From contig CAVQSP010000011.1 of the NCBI GenBank assembly GCA_963715985.1, positions 160,001 through 224,000 of the forward strand: DNA of 64,000 bases. Direction: 5' to 3'. The translations under genes were made by a program, and so were the position numbers. Positions 40,140 through 50,190 of this stretch are shown in pieces. The notes under the pieces were generated by a model. It saw nothing but the letters and a program-made list of their open reading frames with translations. It ran no database searches and was not told where the DNA came from. This DNA comes from an uncultured Thermoleophilia bacterium (GTDB lineage Bacteria; Actinomycetota; Thermoleophilia; UBA2241). Numbering within the stretch: the stretch's first letter is position 1; each line of letters starts with the position of its first letter.

Positions 40140-41984
40140 TCAGCCCGCGGGTATCCCGGCCGCACGCTCGGCGGGCGCCACGTCGGCCAGCGCTGTGAGC
40201 TTGGGCACATCCTCGAGCAGCCGGATCGTGTACTCGTCGACGGGGCGCGACAGGACCGTGTCGGTGGGACCACGCTCCACCACGCGCCCCTCATGCAGGA
40301 CGACCACCTCCTGAGCGATGCTGCGGACCAGCGCCAGGTTGTGCGTGATGAACAGGATGCTGAGACCGCGCTCCGTCTGCAGCCTGCGCAGCAGCTCGAC
40401 GATGGCCGCCTGTACGGAGACGTCGAGGGCCGAGGTGACCTCGTCGCAGACGAGCAGTGACGGTTCGATCACGAGCGCCCTCGCGATGGCCACACGCTGT
40501 CGTTCGCCGCCGCTCAGCTGGTCGGGGTATCTGCCGAGGAAGTCCCCGCTGAGTGCCGCCGCCTCCAGCGTCGCGACCACGCGGTCCGTACGCTCGGCGG
40601 CCGAGAGCTTGAAGAAGCGGGTCAGGGGCTGCTCGACCAGCTGCCCCACCGTCTTGCGCGGGTTCAGCGACGTGTAGGGGTTCTGGAAGATGTACTGCAC
40701 GGAACGCAGCACCTCGAGGTCGCGGTCCTTGGCCAGCGGTCCCAGGGCCTGGCCCTGGAACAGGACTCGGCCCGTCCAATTGCCGTGCAGGCCGATGAGG
40801 CAACGCGCCAGCGTCGTCTTTCCCGAACCGGACTCCCCGACCACGGCCACGCACGAGGTGCGGGGGACGTCGAGCGCGACATCGAACAGGATCTGGACCT
40901 CGTTGTAGCTGGCGTCGAGGCCGGTGACCTCGAGCAGGGCCGGCCCGCCTGCGACGCCGGCAGACGACTGACGCTCGGAGGCCAGCTTCTCGACCCCGGT
41001 CGAGATCCGCACCAGCTCCCGGGTGCGGATGCAGCGTGCCCGGTGCTCGGCGCCGTTGACCGGGAGCATGGCCGGGGGAGCCGCTGAACACTCCGGGATC
41101 GCGTGCGGGCAGCGGGGCTCGAAAGAGCAACCGCGCGGGCGCCTCCCGGGGCTCGGCGGCTGGCCCTCCATGCCCTCCAGCACGTGGCAGATCTCCGGTG
41201 AGGGGATGGCCCTCAGGAGCCCGTCCGTGTACGGGTGGCCGGGTGAGTCGAACACGTCCTTGGTCGTGCCGAGCTCGATGAGGCGGCCCGCGTACATCAC
41301 GGCCACGCGATCGGCGATCTCAGCGATCACGGCGAGATCGTGGGTCACGTAGAGCGCGGCGACGCCGTAGGTGCTGCAGAGGCCGCGCACGGTGTCCAGC
41401 ACGTGGCGTTGAGTGGCGACATCCAGGCCGGTGGTCGGCTCGTCCAGAACGATGAGCTCGGGCCGGCACGAGAAGGCCATCGCCAGTGCGATGCGCTGTT
41501 GCTGGCCACCCGACAGCTGATGCGGATACCGGTTCAGGATCTCGGGGCCCGCCGAGAGATCGACCTCGCCCAGTACCTGCGCCATGCGCTCCGTCGGGTC
41601 CGGCAGGTCGGGGTCATCGCCTGCGTGCACCGTCAGGGCTTCGCGCAGCTGGCGCCCGACCTTGAGCGAAGGGTTGAGGGCGCTGGCCGGGTCCTGCGGC
41701 ACGTAGGCGACGCGCCGGCCGCGCAGCCGCCGGAGCTCCTCCTCGCCCATGCTCAGCACGTCCCGCCCTTCCAGAACGACGGTGCCGGCGGCGACGGAGA
41801 GGCCTCGCCGGCAGTGCCCCAGCAGCGCCAGCGCGACCGTCGTCTTGCCCGAGCCCGACTCACCGACCAGGCCGACGACCTCCCCGGCGTCCACGGTCAG
41901 GTCGATATCGTCGACGACGTCGACGGCCGAGCCGGCCAGGACGACGCGCAGGCCGTCGATGACGATGCGAGGCCGGTCGGCCAT
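40140..41984 (-). CDS. Opp/Dpp-type ABC ATP-binding protein (fused OppD-OppF)
   Basis: Two GESGSGKTT and two LSGG motifs; GCSFEPRC. Confidence 0.93.
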   Translation of the reverse strand: MADRPRIVIDGLRVVLAGSAVDVVDDIDLTVDAGEVVGLVGESGSGKTTVALALLGHCRRGLSVAAGTVVLEGRDVLSMGEEELRRLRGRRVAYVPQDPASALNPSLKVGRQLREALTVHAGDDPDLPDPTERMAQVLGEVDLSAGPEILNRYPHQLSGGQQQRIALAMAFSCRPELIVLDEPTTGLDVATQRHVLDTVRGLCSTYGVAALYVTHDLAVIAEIADRVAVMYAGRLIELGTTKDVFDSPGHPYTDGLLRAIPSPEICHVLEGMEGQPPSPGRRPRGCSFEPRCPHAIPECSAAPPAMLPVNGAEHRARCIRTRELVRISTGVEKLASERQSSAGVAGGPALLEVTGLDASYNEVQILFDVALDVPRTSCVAVVGESGSGKTTLARCLIGLHGNWTGRVLFQGQALGPLAKDRDLEVLRSVQYIFQNPYTSLNPRKTVGQLVEQPLTRFFKLSAAERTDRVVATLEAAALSGDFLGRYPDQLSGGERQRVAIARALVIEPSLLVCDEVTSALDVSVQAAIVELLRRLQTERGLSILFITHNLALVRSIAQEVVVLHEGRVVERGPTDTVLSRPVDEYTIRLLEDVPKLTALADVAPAERAAGIPAG

Positions 41985-42956
41985 CAGTCCACCGAGTCGA
42001 GAGGTCTGCCGATGAGCCGCTCCTGCAGGAGCTCCTCTTCGCCGACCGGCCGCTCCACGCCGATGGACACTCGCGCCACCGCGTCCGTGAACGTGTTCAA
42101 GCCGATGGTCAGGAGGGCGATGAGCAGCGCCGGCATCGCCACCCCCCAGGGATTGCTCACCAGGCCGATGCGGTTCTCGTTGAGCATGAGGCCCCAGTTG
42201 GGCGCCGGAGGCTGCAGGCCGAAGCCGATGAAGCTGAGGCCGGCGATGATGACGATCGACCAGGTCATGCGCAGGCCGGTCTCGACCATGAGCGGCGTGA
42301 CGAGGTTGGGCACGATCTCGCCGCGGATGATCGTCAGGGACGGCAGCCGGATGAGCTCGACCGCCTTGACGTGGTCCTTCTCGCAGATGTCCAGAGCGGC
42401 GGAGCGCATGACCCTGGCCACCTGCGGCGCGTGCGTGGCCGCCACCGCCACGACCACCAGCCAGAGCTTGGGCCCAGCGATGCTGACGAGCAGCAGGGCG
42501 AAGACGATGGCCGGGAAGGCCAGGATGATGTCGACGATGCGCATGATGAGGCCGTCACGCCAGCCTCTGTAGTACGCCGCCATCACGCCGGCCATGGCGC
42601 CCACGACGACGCCGAGTGCCGTGGCCGCAGCCGCCACGAGGAGCAGCAGCCAGCCGCCCTCGAGCACCCGCGTGAGCACGTCCCGGGCCGAGGACGTCCG
42701 TGCCGAGCCAGTAGTCGGAGGACGGCGGTGCGAACGTGGTGCTCACGAACTCCGTGGGCGAGTACGGCGCGACGAAGGGCCCGATGACGGCGATCGCGAC
42801 GACGCTCAGCCCCACCGCGAGGCCGATCTTGCCGCGTCTGCTTCGCGCCGCGGCGACCAGCACCGCGAGCCACTCCCGCCGGCGCAGGCGGGCGACCGAG
42901 CCGCCGTCGCGGTCCGCGTCCGGCGCGTCGACCGCGCTTGGCTGCGTGTGCGTCAT
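41984..42956 (-). CDS. Opp/Dpp ABC permease (OppC-like; one extra base ~42687)
   Basis: WLGTDVLG[c]RDVLTR; GLSFIGFG..P.WG. Confidence 0.88.
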
Positions 42957-43972
42957 GAGCGCGGCAGCCGTCGCCGCGGCGATGCGAGCAGCGCGACGAC
43001 GTCCGTGAGGATGTTCATGAACACGTAGAAAGCGGCGAGCACCAGCGTGATGAACTGGATCACCGGGATGTCGCGGGCGGACACCCCGTCCACGAGCCCG
43101 GCGCCGATGCCCGGGTAGGCGAACACGTACTCGACCACCACGATGCCCCCGGCCAGATACAGGAGGTTGAGCCCGATCACCTGGATGGTCGGGGCGATCG
43201 AGTTGGGCAGGGCGTGCACGAGCAGTACACGCCAGCGGGGCACGCCCTTGAGCTTCGCCATCTCGACGTAGTCGCTCTCCAGGGCCTCGATCATGGCAGC
43301 CCGCATCATGCGGAAGATGTACGGCACGATCACGATGACGAGCGTCGCGACGGGCAGCACCAGCAACAACGGTTCCGCCCAGGGCGACTGGCCGGGCGGT
43401 ATGAACGACACCGCCGGCAACCAGTGCAGCACCAGCGAGGCGAGGAGCATGACGAGCCCGATGGCCACGACGAACTCGGGCAGCGACGTGACGGCCAGCG
43501 CGATCACCGAGAGGATGGTGTCGAGCCAGCCGTCACGTCGAGCCGCGGCAAGGATACCGAGACCGACGCCGATGAGCGTACCGATGGCGCCGGCCAGCAG
43601 GACGAGCACGAGGGAGTTGGCGATGCGAGGCACCACAAGCGTAGAGACGGGGTCGCCGTTGGCGAACGACTCGCCGAGGTCGCCGGTGAGCACGCCGGAC
43701 ATCCAGCTCCAGTACTGCACGACCACGGGCCGGTCGAGCTGGAGCTTGGCCTCCAGCGCGGCAACGCGATCGGGCGTGGCGTGCTGCCCCAACACCGCAT
43801 AGGCGGCGTTGCCCGGCAGCACCATCGTCGCCGCGAAGATGACGATGGAGACCAGGAACAGCGTCACCACGCCCAGCGCAAGGCGACGACCGATCATCGC
43901 CGCGAAGGGGTGAGCCTTCTTCGCCGGAGCCCTCGCAGCCGGCGCGGCGACCACTTGGCCGTGCGTGCTCAT
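42953..43972 (-). CDS. Opp/Dpp ABC permease (OppB-like)
   Basis: GDLGES, SDYVEMAKLKG, VEYVFAYPGIG. Confidence 0.92.
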   Translation of the reverse strand: MSTHGQVVAAPAARAPAKKAHPFAAMIGRRLALGVVTLFLVSIVIFAATMVLPGNAAYAVLGQHATPDRVAALEAKLQLDRPVVVQYWSWMSGVLTGDLGESFANGDPVSTLVVPRIANSLVLVLLAGAIGTLIGVGLGILAAARRDGWLDTILSVIALAVTSLPEFVVAIGLVMLLASLVLHWLPAVSFIPPGQSPWAEPLLLVLPVATLVIVIVPYIFRMMRAAMIEALESDYVEMAKLKGVPRWRVLLVHALPNSIAPTIQVIGLNLLYLAGGIVVVEYVFAYPGIGAGLVDGVSARDIPVIQFITLVLAAFYVFMNILTDVVALLASPRRRLPRS

Positions 43973-43998
43973 GCCCGCATCATCTCACCAGTGCCGCG

Positions 43999-45591
43999 TC
44001 AGCTCAGCCAGTAGTTCTTGAAGTCGAAGTTGTTCCAGGCGGCGCCGATCTTGCTCTCCTGGGTGCCCATGATGTTCGGCGAGGAGGCGTCGATGACCGG
44101 CGGGAAGAACGGGATCATCAGGCCGCCTTCATTGTGGTCGATCAGCTGCATCTCGTGGCAGATGTCGGCGCGTTTGGCCTCGTCGGGCGTGGCCAGGGCC
44201 TCTTTGTACAGTTTCTGCGTGCGCGGGTCGTCCCAGTGCGTCTCCCAGTACGGAGACGTGGGCAGCAGCTCCGACTGCACCTGGGGCAGGTAGTACTGGA
44301 AGCCCCAGTAGTCGAAGGCGAACGGGTACTTGAGGTACTCGGGCCCGAAGAAGTCGGTGACCGTCGTCTTGCGGACGTTCACGGTGACGCCGGCGGCCTT
44401 GGCCTGCTCCGCGAACACCTGCGCGGAGGACACCACGCCCATGGCGATGTCGGCGGTCACGAGCTCCACCGTGAGACCTTCCTGACCAGCCTGCTTGAGG
44501 AGTGACTTGGCCTGCTCGATGTCCTGCTCGCGCTGCGGGATGGACGTGTCGTAGGCCGGGTCCCAGCGCGAGAAGACGTCGTTGCCGAGCGTGCCGTTGC
44601 CCTTGAACACCAGGTCCAGCATCTGCGGGCGATCGATGATCAGACGCATGGCCTGCCGCACGCGCACATCGTCGAACGGCTTGACCTGCGTGTTCATGGT
44701 GAACGGGTTCATGCCGCCGCCGGGGGAGATCACCAGCTTCTTGCCCTGACTCTGGAGGGACGCGATCTCGTTGGATGTGATGAGGCTGATGGTGTCGACC
44801 TGACCGCCCAGCAGGGCGTTCACCTGTGCCGTGATGTCCGCGTACTCGATGAGCACGACCTTGTCGACGTACGGCAGCGGCTGGTTCCAGTAGTTCTCGT
44901 AGCGCTCGAAGATCGTCTGCTGCGGCGAGAAGCTCGTGATCTTGAAGGGTCCGGTGCCGTTGGGCTTGTCCGGGTTGTAGTCAACCGGCACGATGGGCAG
45001 GAACCAGGTGGGCTGCACCTGGACGAAGATGCTGTTGGGCTGCAGCATCGGCACCGTGAGCGTGAGGTCGTCGACCTTCTTCATCGCGGGCAGGTCGACC
45101 ACCGAGAGGAACCCGGAGCCGTTCTTGCCCTCCTTGGCGATGTAGTTGTAGGTGTACATCACGTCGTCCACGGTGAACGGTTTGCCGTCTTGCCAGGTGA
45201 TGTCCGGCTTCAGCTTGATCGTCCACTCGCTGCCGTCGGCGTTGGGGATCATGTCCTCGGCGAGCAGGAACTCCATGGTGCCGTCGGGCTTGATCTCCAC
45301 CAGCGCCTCGTAGCACATCACGGTGCGGGCGGCGTCGGAGTTGGTGACCTCCATCGTGACGTCGAGCGTGTTCGAGTTGGAGCCGCCGGTGATGCCGGCG
45401 TTGATCGTGCCTCCCCGGGTGGGCGAGGCAGCTGCGGACGGCGAGGCCGAGCTGGTCGTCTCGCCCTCTCCGCCACAGGCGGCCAGCGACCCCCCGAGGC
45501 CCAGGGCGGCACCCGCGACGGCGGCTCCCTTGAGAACGTCGCGTCGCGTGAACTCGCGCTGCAAGATCGACTTGTCCGTATGTTCAGCCAT
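43999..45591 (-). CDS. Opp/Dpp (family 5) substrate-binding lipoprotein with Tat signal
   Basis: TRRDVLKG, LAAC, GTGPF, PFDDVRVRQA. Confidence 0.92.
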   Translation of the reverse strand: MAEHTDKSILQREFTRRDVLKGAAVAGAALGLGGSLAACGGEGETTSSASPSAAASPTRGGTINAGITGGSNSNTLDVTMEVTNSDAARTVMCYEALVEIKPDGTMEFLLAEDMIPNADGSEWTIKLKPDITWQDGKPFTVDDVMYTYNYIAKEGKNGSGFLSVVDLPAMKKVDDLTLTVPMLQPNSIFVQVQPTWFLPIVPVDYNPDKPNGTGPFKITSFSPQQTIFERYENYWNQPLPYVDKVVLIEYADITAQVNALLGGQVDTISLITSNEIASLQSQGKKLVISPGGGMNPFTMNTQVKPFDDVRVRQAMRLIIDRPQMLDLVFKGNGTLGNDVFSRWDPAYDTSIPQREQDIEQAKSLLKQAGQEGLTVELVTADIAMGVVSSAQVFAEQAKAAGVTVNVRKTTVTDFFGPEYLKYPFAFDYWGFQYYLPQVQSELLPTSPYWETHWDDPRTQKLYKEALATPDEAKRADICHEMQLIDHNEGGLMIPFFPPVIDASSPNIMGTQESKIGAAWNNFDFKNYWLS

Positions 45592-45608
45592 CTTCTCGTC
45601 CCCCTCTG

Positions 45609-46361
45609 TCAGTCCATGAAGGCGCCGCCGTTGATGTTCAGCGCCTCTCCGGTCACGAATACTGCGTCAGGCCCCAACAGGAACGCGATGGTGCGCGCCA
45701 CGTCGTCGCCGCTCTCGACGCGACCGAGCGGCGTGTTGTCGATGAACGTCTGTCTGACCTGCACTGGCGTCATTCCGCGCAGTTCGCCCTCCCAGACGAG
45801 CTCCCGCTCCTGCATGGCCGTCGCGACCCATCCGGGGCACACGCTGTTGACGCGGATCCCGTGGGGGCCCAGCTCATAGGCCATCGCCTGGGTGAGACCC
45901 ACCACCGCGAACTTGGAGGCGATGTAGTGGGAGAGATACGGGACGTTGCCCTGCTTGGCGGCCATGGAGGCGACGTTGACGATGGCCCCGGGACGGCCTG
46001 CCGCGACCAGGTGGCGGGCGAACTCCTGCCCGCAGTAGAAGACGCCCGTCTCGTTCACCGCCAGCATGCGGTTCCACTCTTCGTCGGGCATGTCCAGGAA
46101 GGAGATCATGGAGGACACACCGGCGTTGGACACCCAGCCGTCGAGCGGTGAGAGCGACGCCTCGGCGGCCTTGATGGCCTGCCTGACGGCTGCACGGCTG
46201 GTGACGTCGAGCTGCAGCGCGAGGCCACCGATCTCGCCGGCAACGCGGGCCGCCGCGCGCTCGTCGAGGTCGGTGACGGCGACCTCGATGCCGCGTTGCG
46301 CCAGCAGGCGGGCGGTCGCCTCGCCGATGCCGCTGCCGGCGCCGGTGACGAGAACACTCAT
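45609..46361 (-). CDS. short-chain dehydrogenase/reductase
   Basis: TGAGSGIG, NAG, YIASK, VCPG. Confidence 0.93.
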   Translation of the reverse strand: MSVLVTGAGSGIGEATARLLAQRGIEVAVTDLDERAAARVAGEIGGLALQLDVTSRAAVRQAIKAAEASLSPLDGWVSNAGVSSMISFLDMPDEEWNRMLAVNETGVFYCGQEFARHLVAAGRPGAIVNVASMAAKQGNVPYLSHYIASKFAVVGLTQAMAYELGPHGIRVNSVCPGWVATAMQERELVWEGELRGMTPVQVRQTFIDNTPLGRVESGDDVARTIAFLLGPDAVFVTGEALNINGGAFMD

Positions 46362-47812
46362 CCCAGGACCCCCTTGAGCGTCGGGTAGAGCTCCCGATAC
46401 GCCCGGTAGCTTTCGTCGTACACGTCGTAATGCTGCGGCTCGATCACCTCGTCCACGGTGACGAACCGGTCGATGTCACGCCAGTCCGGGAACACGCCCA
46501 CGCCCCTGCCGGCGCAGAACGCCGCGGCGAAGGCCGACCCGCTGCGCAACGTGACCTTCTCCAGCGGCAGACCGAGCACGTCGGCGGTGATCTGCGTCCA
46601 CACGCGCGAGCGCGATCCACCGTCGGTGACACGCGCGCGCAGCGGGCGGTGCCCGCGTTCCGCGAAGACCTCGAGGTGGTGGCGGAAGCCGAAGGCGATG
46701 CCCTCGAGCACCGCACGGAACAGGTGACCGCGCGTGTGCGTGAGCCGCAGGCCGACGAGGGCGCCGGTGGCCTCCGGGTCGTTGATGGGCGTCTTCTCGC
46801 CGAGGAAGTACGGGAGGCAGAGGACCCCCCCGAGCCGGGCGGTACCAGCTCGGCCTCGGCGTCGAGCTGCGCGAGGCCGGCGCCTGCGGCGCACTCGCGC
46901 TGGAACCACTTGATCAGGCTGCCGCTGGTGGCCATGCAGCCGCTGAGCACGAAGCGCCCCGGCAGCAGGTGGAAGTCGAGGTACAGGCGTTCGTCGACGA
47001 ACGGGTCGTCGACGGCGAGCATGATGTCTCCGGCGCCGCCGAGCTTGACGAGCAGGTCGCCGTCCTCGAGCACGCCGGAGGCGAAGGTGGACCCGATATG
47101 GTCGGCCGTGCCGGCGACCACCGGCACGCCCGTCTTGAGCCCGGTCTCGGCGGCGGCGGCGGCAGTCACGGCGCCGACGACCTCGTCGCAGCGGCGCACC
47201 GGCGGGAGCAGCTCCCGTGCGCCCGCCGCAGGCCTCGAGCACGTCGTCGGCCCAGCGCATGGCGGCGAAGTCCAGGAGGCCCGTCTCCAGGGCCCAGTTG
47301 GCCTCGACCGAGCGTTCGCCGGAGAGCCGCATCGCGATGTAGTCGTAGGACCCCATGAGCGTGCGAGTCTTGCTCCACACCTCGGGCTCGTGCTCCGCGA
47401 GCCACAGCAGACGCGGTCCGGTGGACTGCTGCGTGATGGCCGACCCGGTACGCTCCAGGACGTCGGCGCCGGCGAGACGCCGGCGCAGCTCCTCCACCTC
47501 GGCCACGGAGCGCGCGTCGTTCTGCTGGATCGACCAGCGCAGCGGCACGCCGTGCTCGTCGAGCGGGATCGTGCACGGCACCATGCCGGTGACCCCGACC
47601 CCGGCCACCTCTCCGTCGAAGCCGTCCAGGAGCTCCCGTGTGGTGGCGCAGACGTTGGCCCACCACTCGCCGGTGTCCTCCTCGGCCCAGCCGGCATGCA
47701 GCGAGTGCAGCGAGCTGGGCCGCTCGGCCTCGGCGACCACGCCGCGCTCGGGGTCGAGGAGCAGCGCCTTGGTGCCGGTCGTGCCGACGTCGATGCCGAG
47801 CAGCACGCTCAC
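46358..47812 (-). CDS. FGGY-family carbohydrate kinase (two frameshifts)
   Basis: GIDVGTTGTK, QNDAR, GTADH, LPYFLGEKTP, LEGIAF, GGSRS across three frames. Confidence 0.88.
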   Translation of the reverse strand: MSVLLGIDVGTTGTKALLLDPERGVVAEAERPSSLHSLHAGWAEEDTGEWWANVCATTRELLDGFDGEVAGVGVTGMVPCTIPLDEHGVPLRWSIQQNDARSVAEVEELRRRLAGADVLERTGSAITQQSTGPRLLWLAEHEPEVWSKTRTLMGSYDYIAMRLSGERSVEANWALETGLLDFAAMRWADDVLEACGGRTGAAPAGAPLRRGRRRRDCRRRRRDRAQDGRAGGRRHGRPYRVHLRLRRARGRRPARQARRRRRHHARRRRPVRRRTPVPRLPPAAGALRAQRLHGHQRQPDQVVPARVRRRRRPRAARRRGRAGTARLGGVLCLPYFLGEKTPINDPEATGALVGLRLTHTRGHLFRAVLEGIAFGFRHHLEVFAERGHRPLRARVTDGGSRSRVWTQITADVLGLPLEKVTLRSGSAFAAAFCAGRGVGVFPDWRDIDRFVTVDEVIEPQHYDVYDESYRAYRELYPTLKGVLG

Positions 47813-48630
47813 GCGGCGCCCGCGTAGGTAGTGCCGCGGCCGGCCGCGGCCGTGAAGGCAGCGACGCGGTCGGCCGCGACCTCGTTCCACGTATAGCCGT
47901 CTCGTTTGAGAGCGGACCCGACGATGATGCCGTCCGCAGTCCCGAGGAAGGAGGCTACGTTCGCCGTGTTGGCGCCCGTGTTCGCAAAGACGGGCGCCGC
48001 ACCCGCCAATGTCTCCCTGACCTCGGCCAGGGCCACCATGTCCGGTTCTGTGGCCTGCCGCGGCCCCGAGATGAGAATGGCGTCGGCCAGACTGGACCAC
48101 ACCGCCGAGCGCGCCACCTCGGTGACGCTGCGCGTGCCCAGCGAGCTGGCGAACTCCGGCGTGACGTTCATGAAGGTCGCCACGTGACCCGCGTCGATGC
48201 GGCGGCGCTCGCGGAGCAAGCCGGCGACATCGGTGCTCCAGAGGCCCATGTCCGACTCGTAGGCCCCGACCGGCACGCAGCGGATGAACGACCCCCCTGT
48301 CGCCGCGGCGATGTTGAGGGCTGCCTGCGGGTCCCATAAGAAGTCCACCCCGAAGGGCCGGTCCTTGGGTGCCAGTTCGGCGACGACGCGAGTCATGGCG
48401 GCCACACCCTCGTAGCCGGCCTTGAACGAGTACGGGAGATCGCCTTCATTACAGAAGAGGACCGCGTCGAAGTCGGCCGCCAGGATGATCTCCATGTCCG
48501 CCCGCAGGTCTTCGACGATGCGCGCCAGACCCCCGTTCGCGTCGTACATGGGTGTGCCGGGCAGCGCCCTCAAGTGCGCCATGGCTATCAGGGGCTTCCT
48601 GTCACCGAACAGATCACTGACTCGTCCCAT
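47809..48630 (-). CDS. BtpA/SgcQ-family TIM-barrel protein
   Basis: MAHLRALPGTP, CNEGDLPY, NTGA, IVGSALK. Confidence 0.88.
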   Translation of the reverse strand: MGRVSDLFGDRKPLIAMAHLRALPGTPMYDANGGLARIVEDLRADMEIILAADFDAVLFCNEGDLPYSFKAGYEGVAAMTRVVAELAPKDRPFGVDFLWDPQAALNIAAATGGSFIRCVPVGAYESDMGLWSTDVAGLLRERRRIDAGHVATFMNVTPEFASSLGTRSVTEVARSAVWSSLADAILISGPRQATEPDMVALAEVRETLAGAAPVFANTGANTANVASFLGTADGIIVGSALKRDGYTWNEVAADRVAAFTAAAGRGTTYAGAA

Positions 48631-49391
48631 CAGGCGATCACCACCTCCACGTGCTCTGCCTCAAGCGCGGCCAGGACCTCCGGAGCCGCGCCTCCGTCTG
48701 TCACAAGGACGTCGACCCTCTCGAGAGGGCATATCTGAGCGAATGTCACCTTGCCGAGCTTGGCGCTGTCGGCGACGACGATGCAGCGGCGCACGCAGGC
48801 CAGTGCGGCGCGCTTGACCCGGGCGTCCTCGAGGCTGTACTCGGTGCATCCCGACTCCACATCCACGCCGCCGATGCCCATCACGAACGTGTCGAAGCGC
48901 AGGCGGGAGAAGGCCTCCTCGGCCATGTCGCCGACCAGCGAACCCTCCCCGGCGGTGATCTGGCCGCCCGTGAGCAGCAGGCGGATGCCCCGGTGCCGTG
49001 CCAGGAGGTTGGCGATGTGTATGCTGGGAGTGAGTACCGTGAGGTTGCGACGGTCATGCAGGGCCCGCGCCACCTGGAGCGTCGTGGTGCCGACATCCAG
49101 GATCACCGTCTCACGCTCGCCGAGCATGGCAGCGGCAGCCCTTCCGATGTCGGCCTTGGCGTCGGTGCTCTGCTTGGCACGCACCGAGTAGGGAGCCGCG
49201 TACCCGCGCATGGCCAGGTCGATGGCACCACCGTGTACGCGGCGCAGCACGCCCTCGAGCTCGAGCGCCTCGAGGTCGCGGCGGATGGTCATCTGCGAGA
49301 CCTCGGTGCGGTCGCTGAGATCGGCGACTGCCACCTCTCCCCGCTCCTGGAGCAGGTCGACGATGATCTCGCGACGCGTCTGCACATCCAT
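48630..49391 (-). CDS. DeoR/GlpR-family transcriptional regulator
   Basis: VSQMTIRRDL, RVHGGA, LDVGTT, ADSAK. Confidence 0.93.
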   Translation of the reverse strand: MDVQTRREIIVDLLQERGEVAVADLSDRTEVSQMTIRRDLEALELEGVLRRVHGGAIDLAMRGYAAPYSVRAKQSTDAKADIGRAAAAMLGERETVILDVGTTTLQVARALHDRRNLTVLTPSIHIANLLARHRGIRLLLTGGQITAGEGSLVGDMAEEAFSRLRFDTFVMGIGGVDVESGCTEYSLEDARVKRAALACVRRCIVVADSAKLGKVTFAQICPLERVDVLVTDGGAAPEVLAALEAEHVEVVIA

Positions 49392-49400
49392 TTCCGTGCG

Positions 49401-49470
49401 AATGTACGTTACGTATTGTGAGAGCGCAAGGCCAATGGTAGTTTTTCGTGTGTGAAGTCACACTTCAACA
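49401..49470. promoter_or_regulatory. AT-rich divergent promoter with palindromes (candidate DeoR operator)
   Basis: TGAAGT-CAC-ACTTCA (49453-49467) and AATGTACGTTACGTATT between divergent operons. Confidence 0.5.
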
Positions 49471-49530
49471 GCAGTCATTCGCACATGCGGCCGGCGGCCG
49501 GCGCCCGAGCCGCCGTGAGGGAGGTGGCAC

Positions 49531-50190
49531 GTGGGTGAGCGGTTTGAGAGCCTGACGGCGGCGGTGCGCGACGGCGACCGGGACGTGGTCGCCCACGACG
49601 TGGGGCAGGCGCTGGAGGCAGGCGAACCGCCGCGGACCGTGCTCACCGAGGGTCTCGTCCCCGGCTTGCGGCAGATGGGCGACCTGTTCAAGGATGGGCA
49701 CGCGTACCTGCCCGAGATCCTCATCAGCGTGCGCGCCATGAACACCGGTCTCGAGATCCTGCGGCCGTATCTCGCCGGCGACGAGCCGCGCGGCAAGGGC
49801 GTCGTGGTGCTCGGGACGGTCGAGGGCGACCTGCACGACATCGGCAAGCGTCTGGTGGGCATGCTGCTGAGCGGCAACGGCTTCGAGGTCGTGGATCTGG
49901 GCGTAGATGCGAGCGCCGAGAGCTTCGCCGCCGCCGCCGAAGAGTACGGCGCCGACATCGTCGCCCTCTCGGCGCTCTTGACCACCACCACGCCCGAGTT
50001 CGGCCGCGTGCTGGAGGCGCTCGCGGCCCGCGGCCTGCGCGAGCGCGTGCTCGTCATGGTCGGCGGCGCGCCCGTGTCGCGCGCCCTGGCCGAGGAGATC
50101 GGCGCCGACGGCTTCGCCGACGACTGCATCCTCGCCGTCGACGAGGCGGAACGGCTCTTGGCGGCGCGCCACGAAGGCGGCGCGCCGTGA
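49531..50190 (+). CDS. corrinoid (B12-binding) methyltransferase protein
   Basis: YLPE, GTVEGDLHDIGK, DLGVD, SALLTTT, VGGAP. Confidence 0.93.
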   Translation: MGERFESLTAAVRDGDRDVVAHDVGQALEAGEPPRTVLTEGLVPGLRQMGDLFKDGHAYLPEILISVRAMNTGLEILRPYLAGDEPRGKGVVVLGTVEGDLHDIGKRLVGMLLSGNGFEVVDLGVDASAESFAAAAEEYGADIVALSALLTTTTPEFGRVLEALAARGLRERVLVMVGGAPVSRALAEEIGADGFADDCILAVDEAERLLAARHEGGAP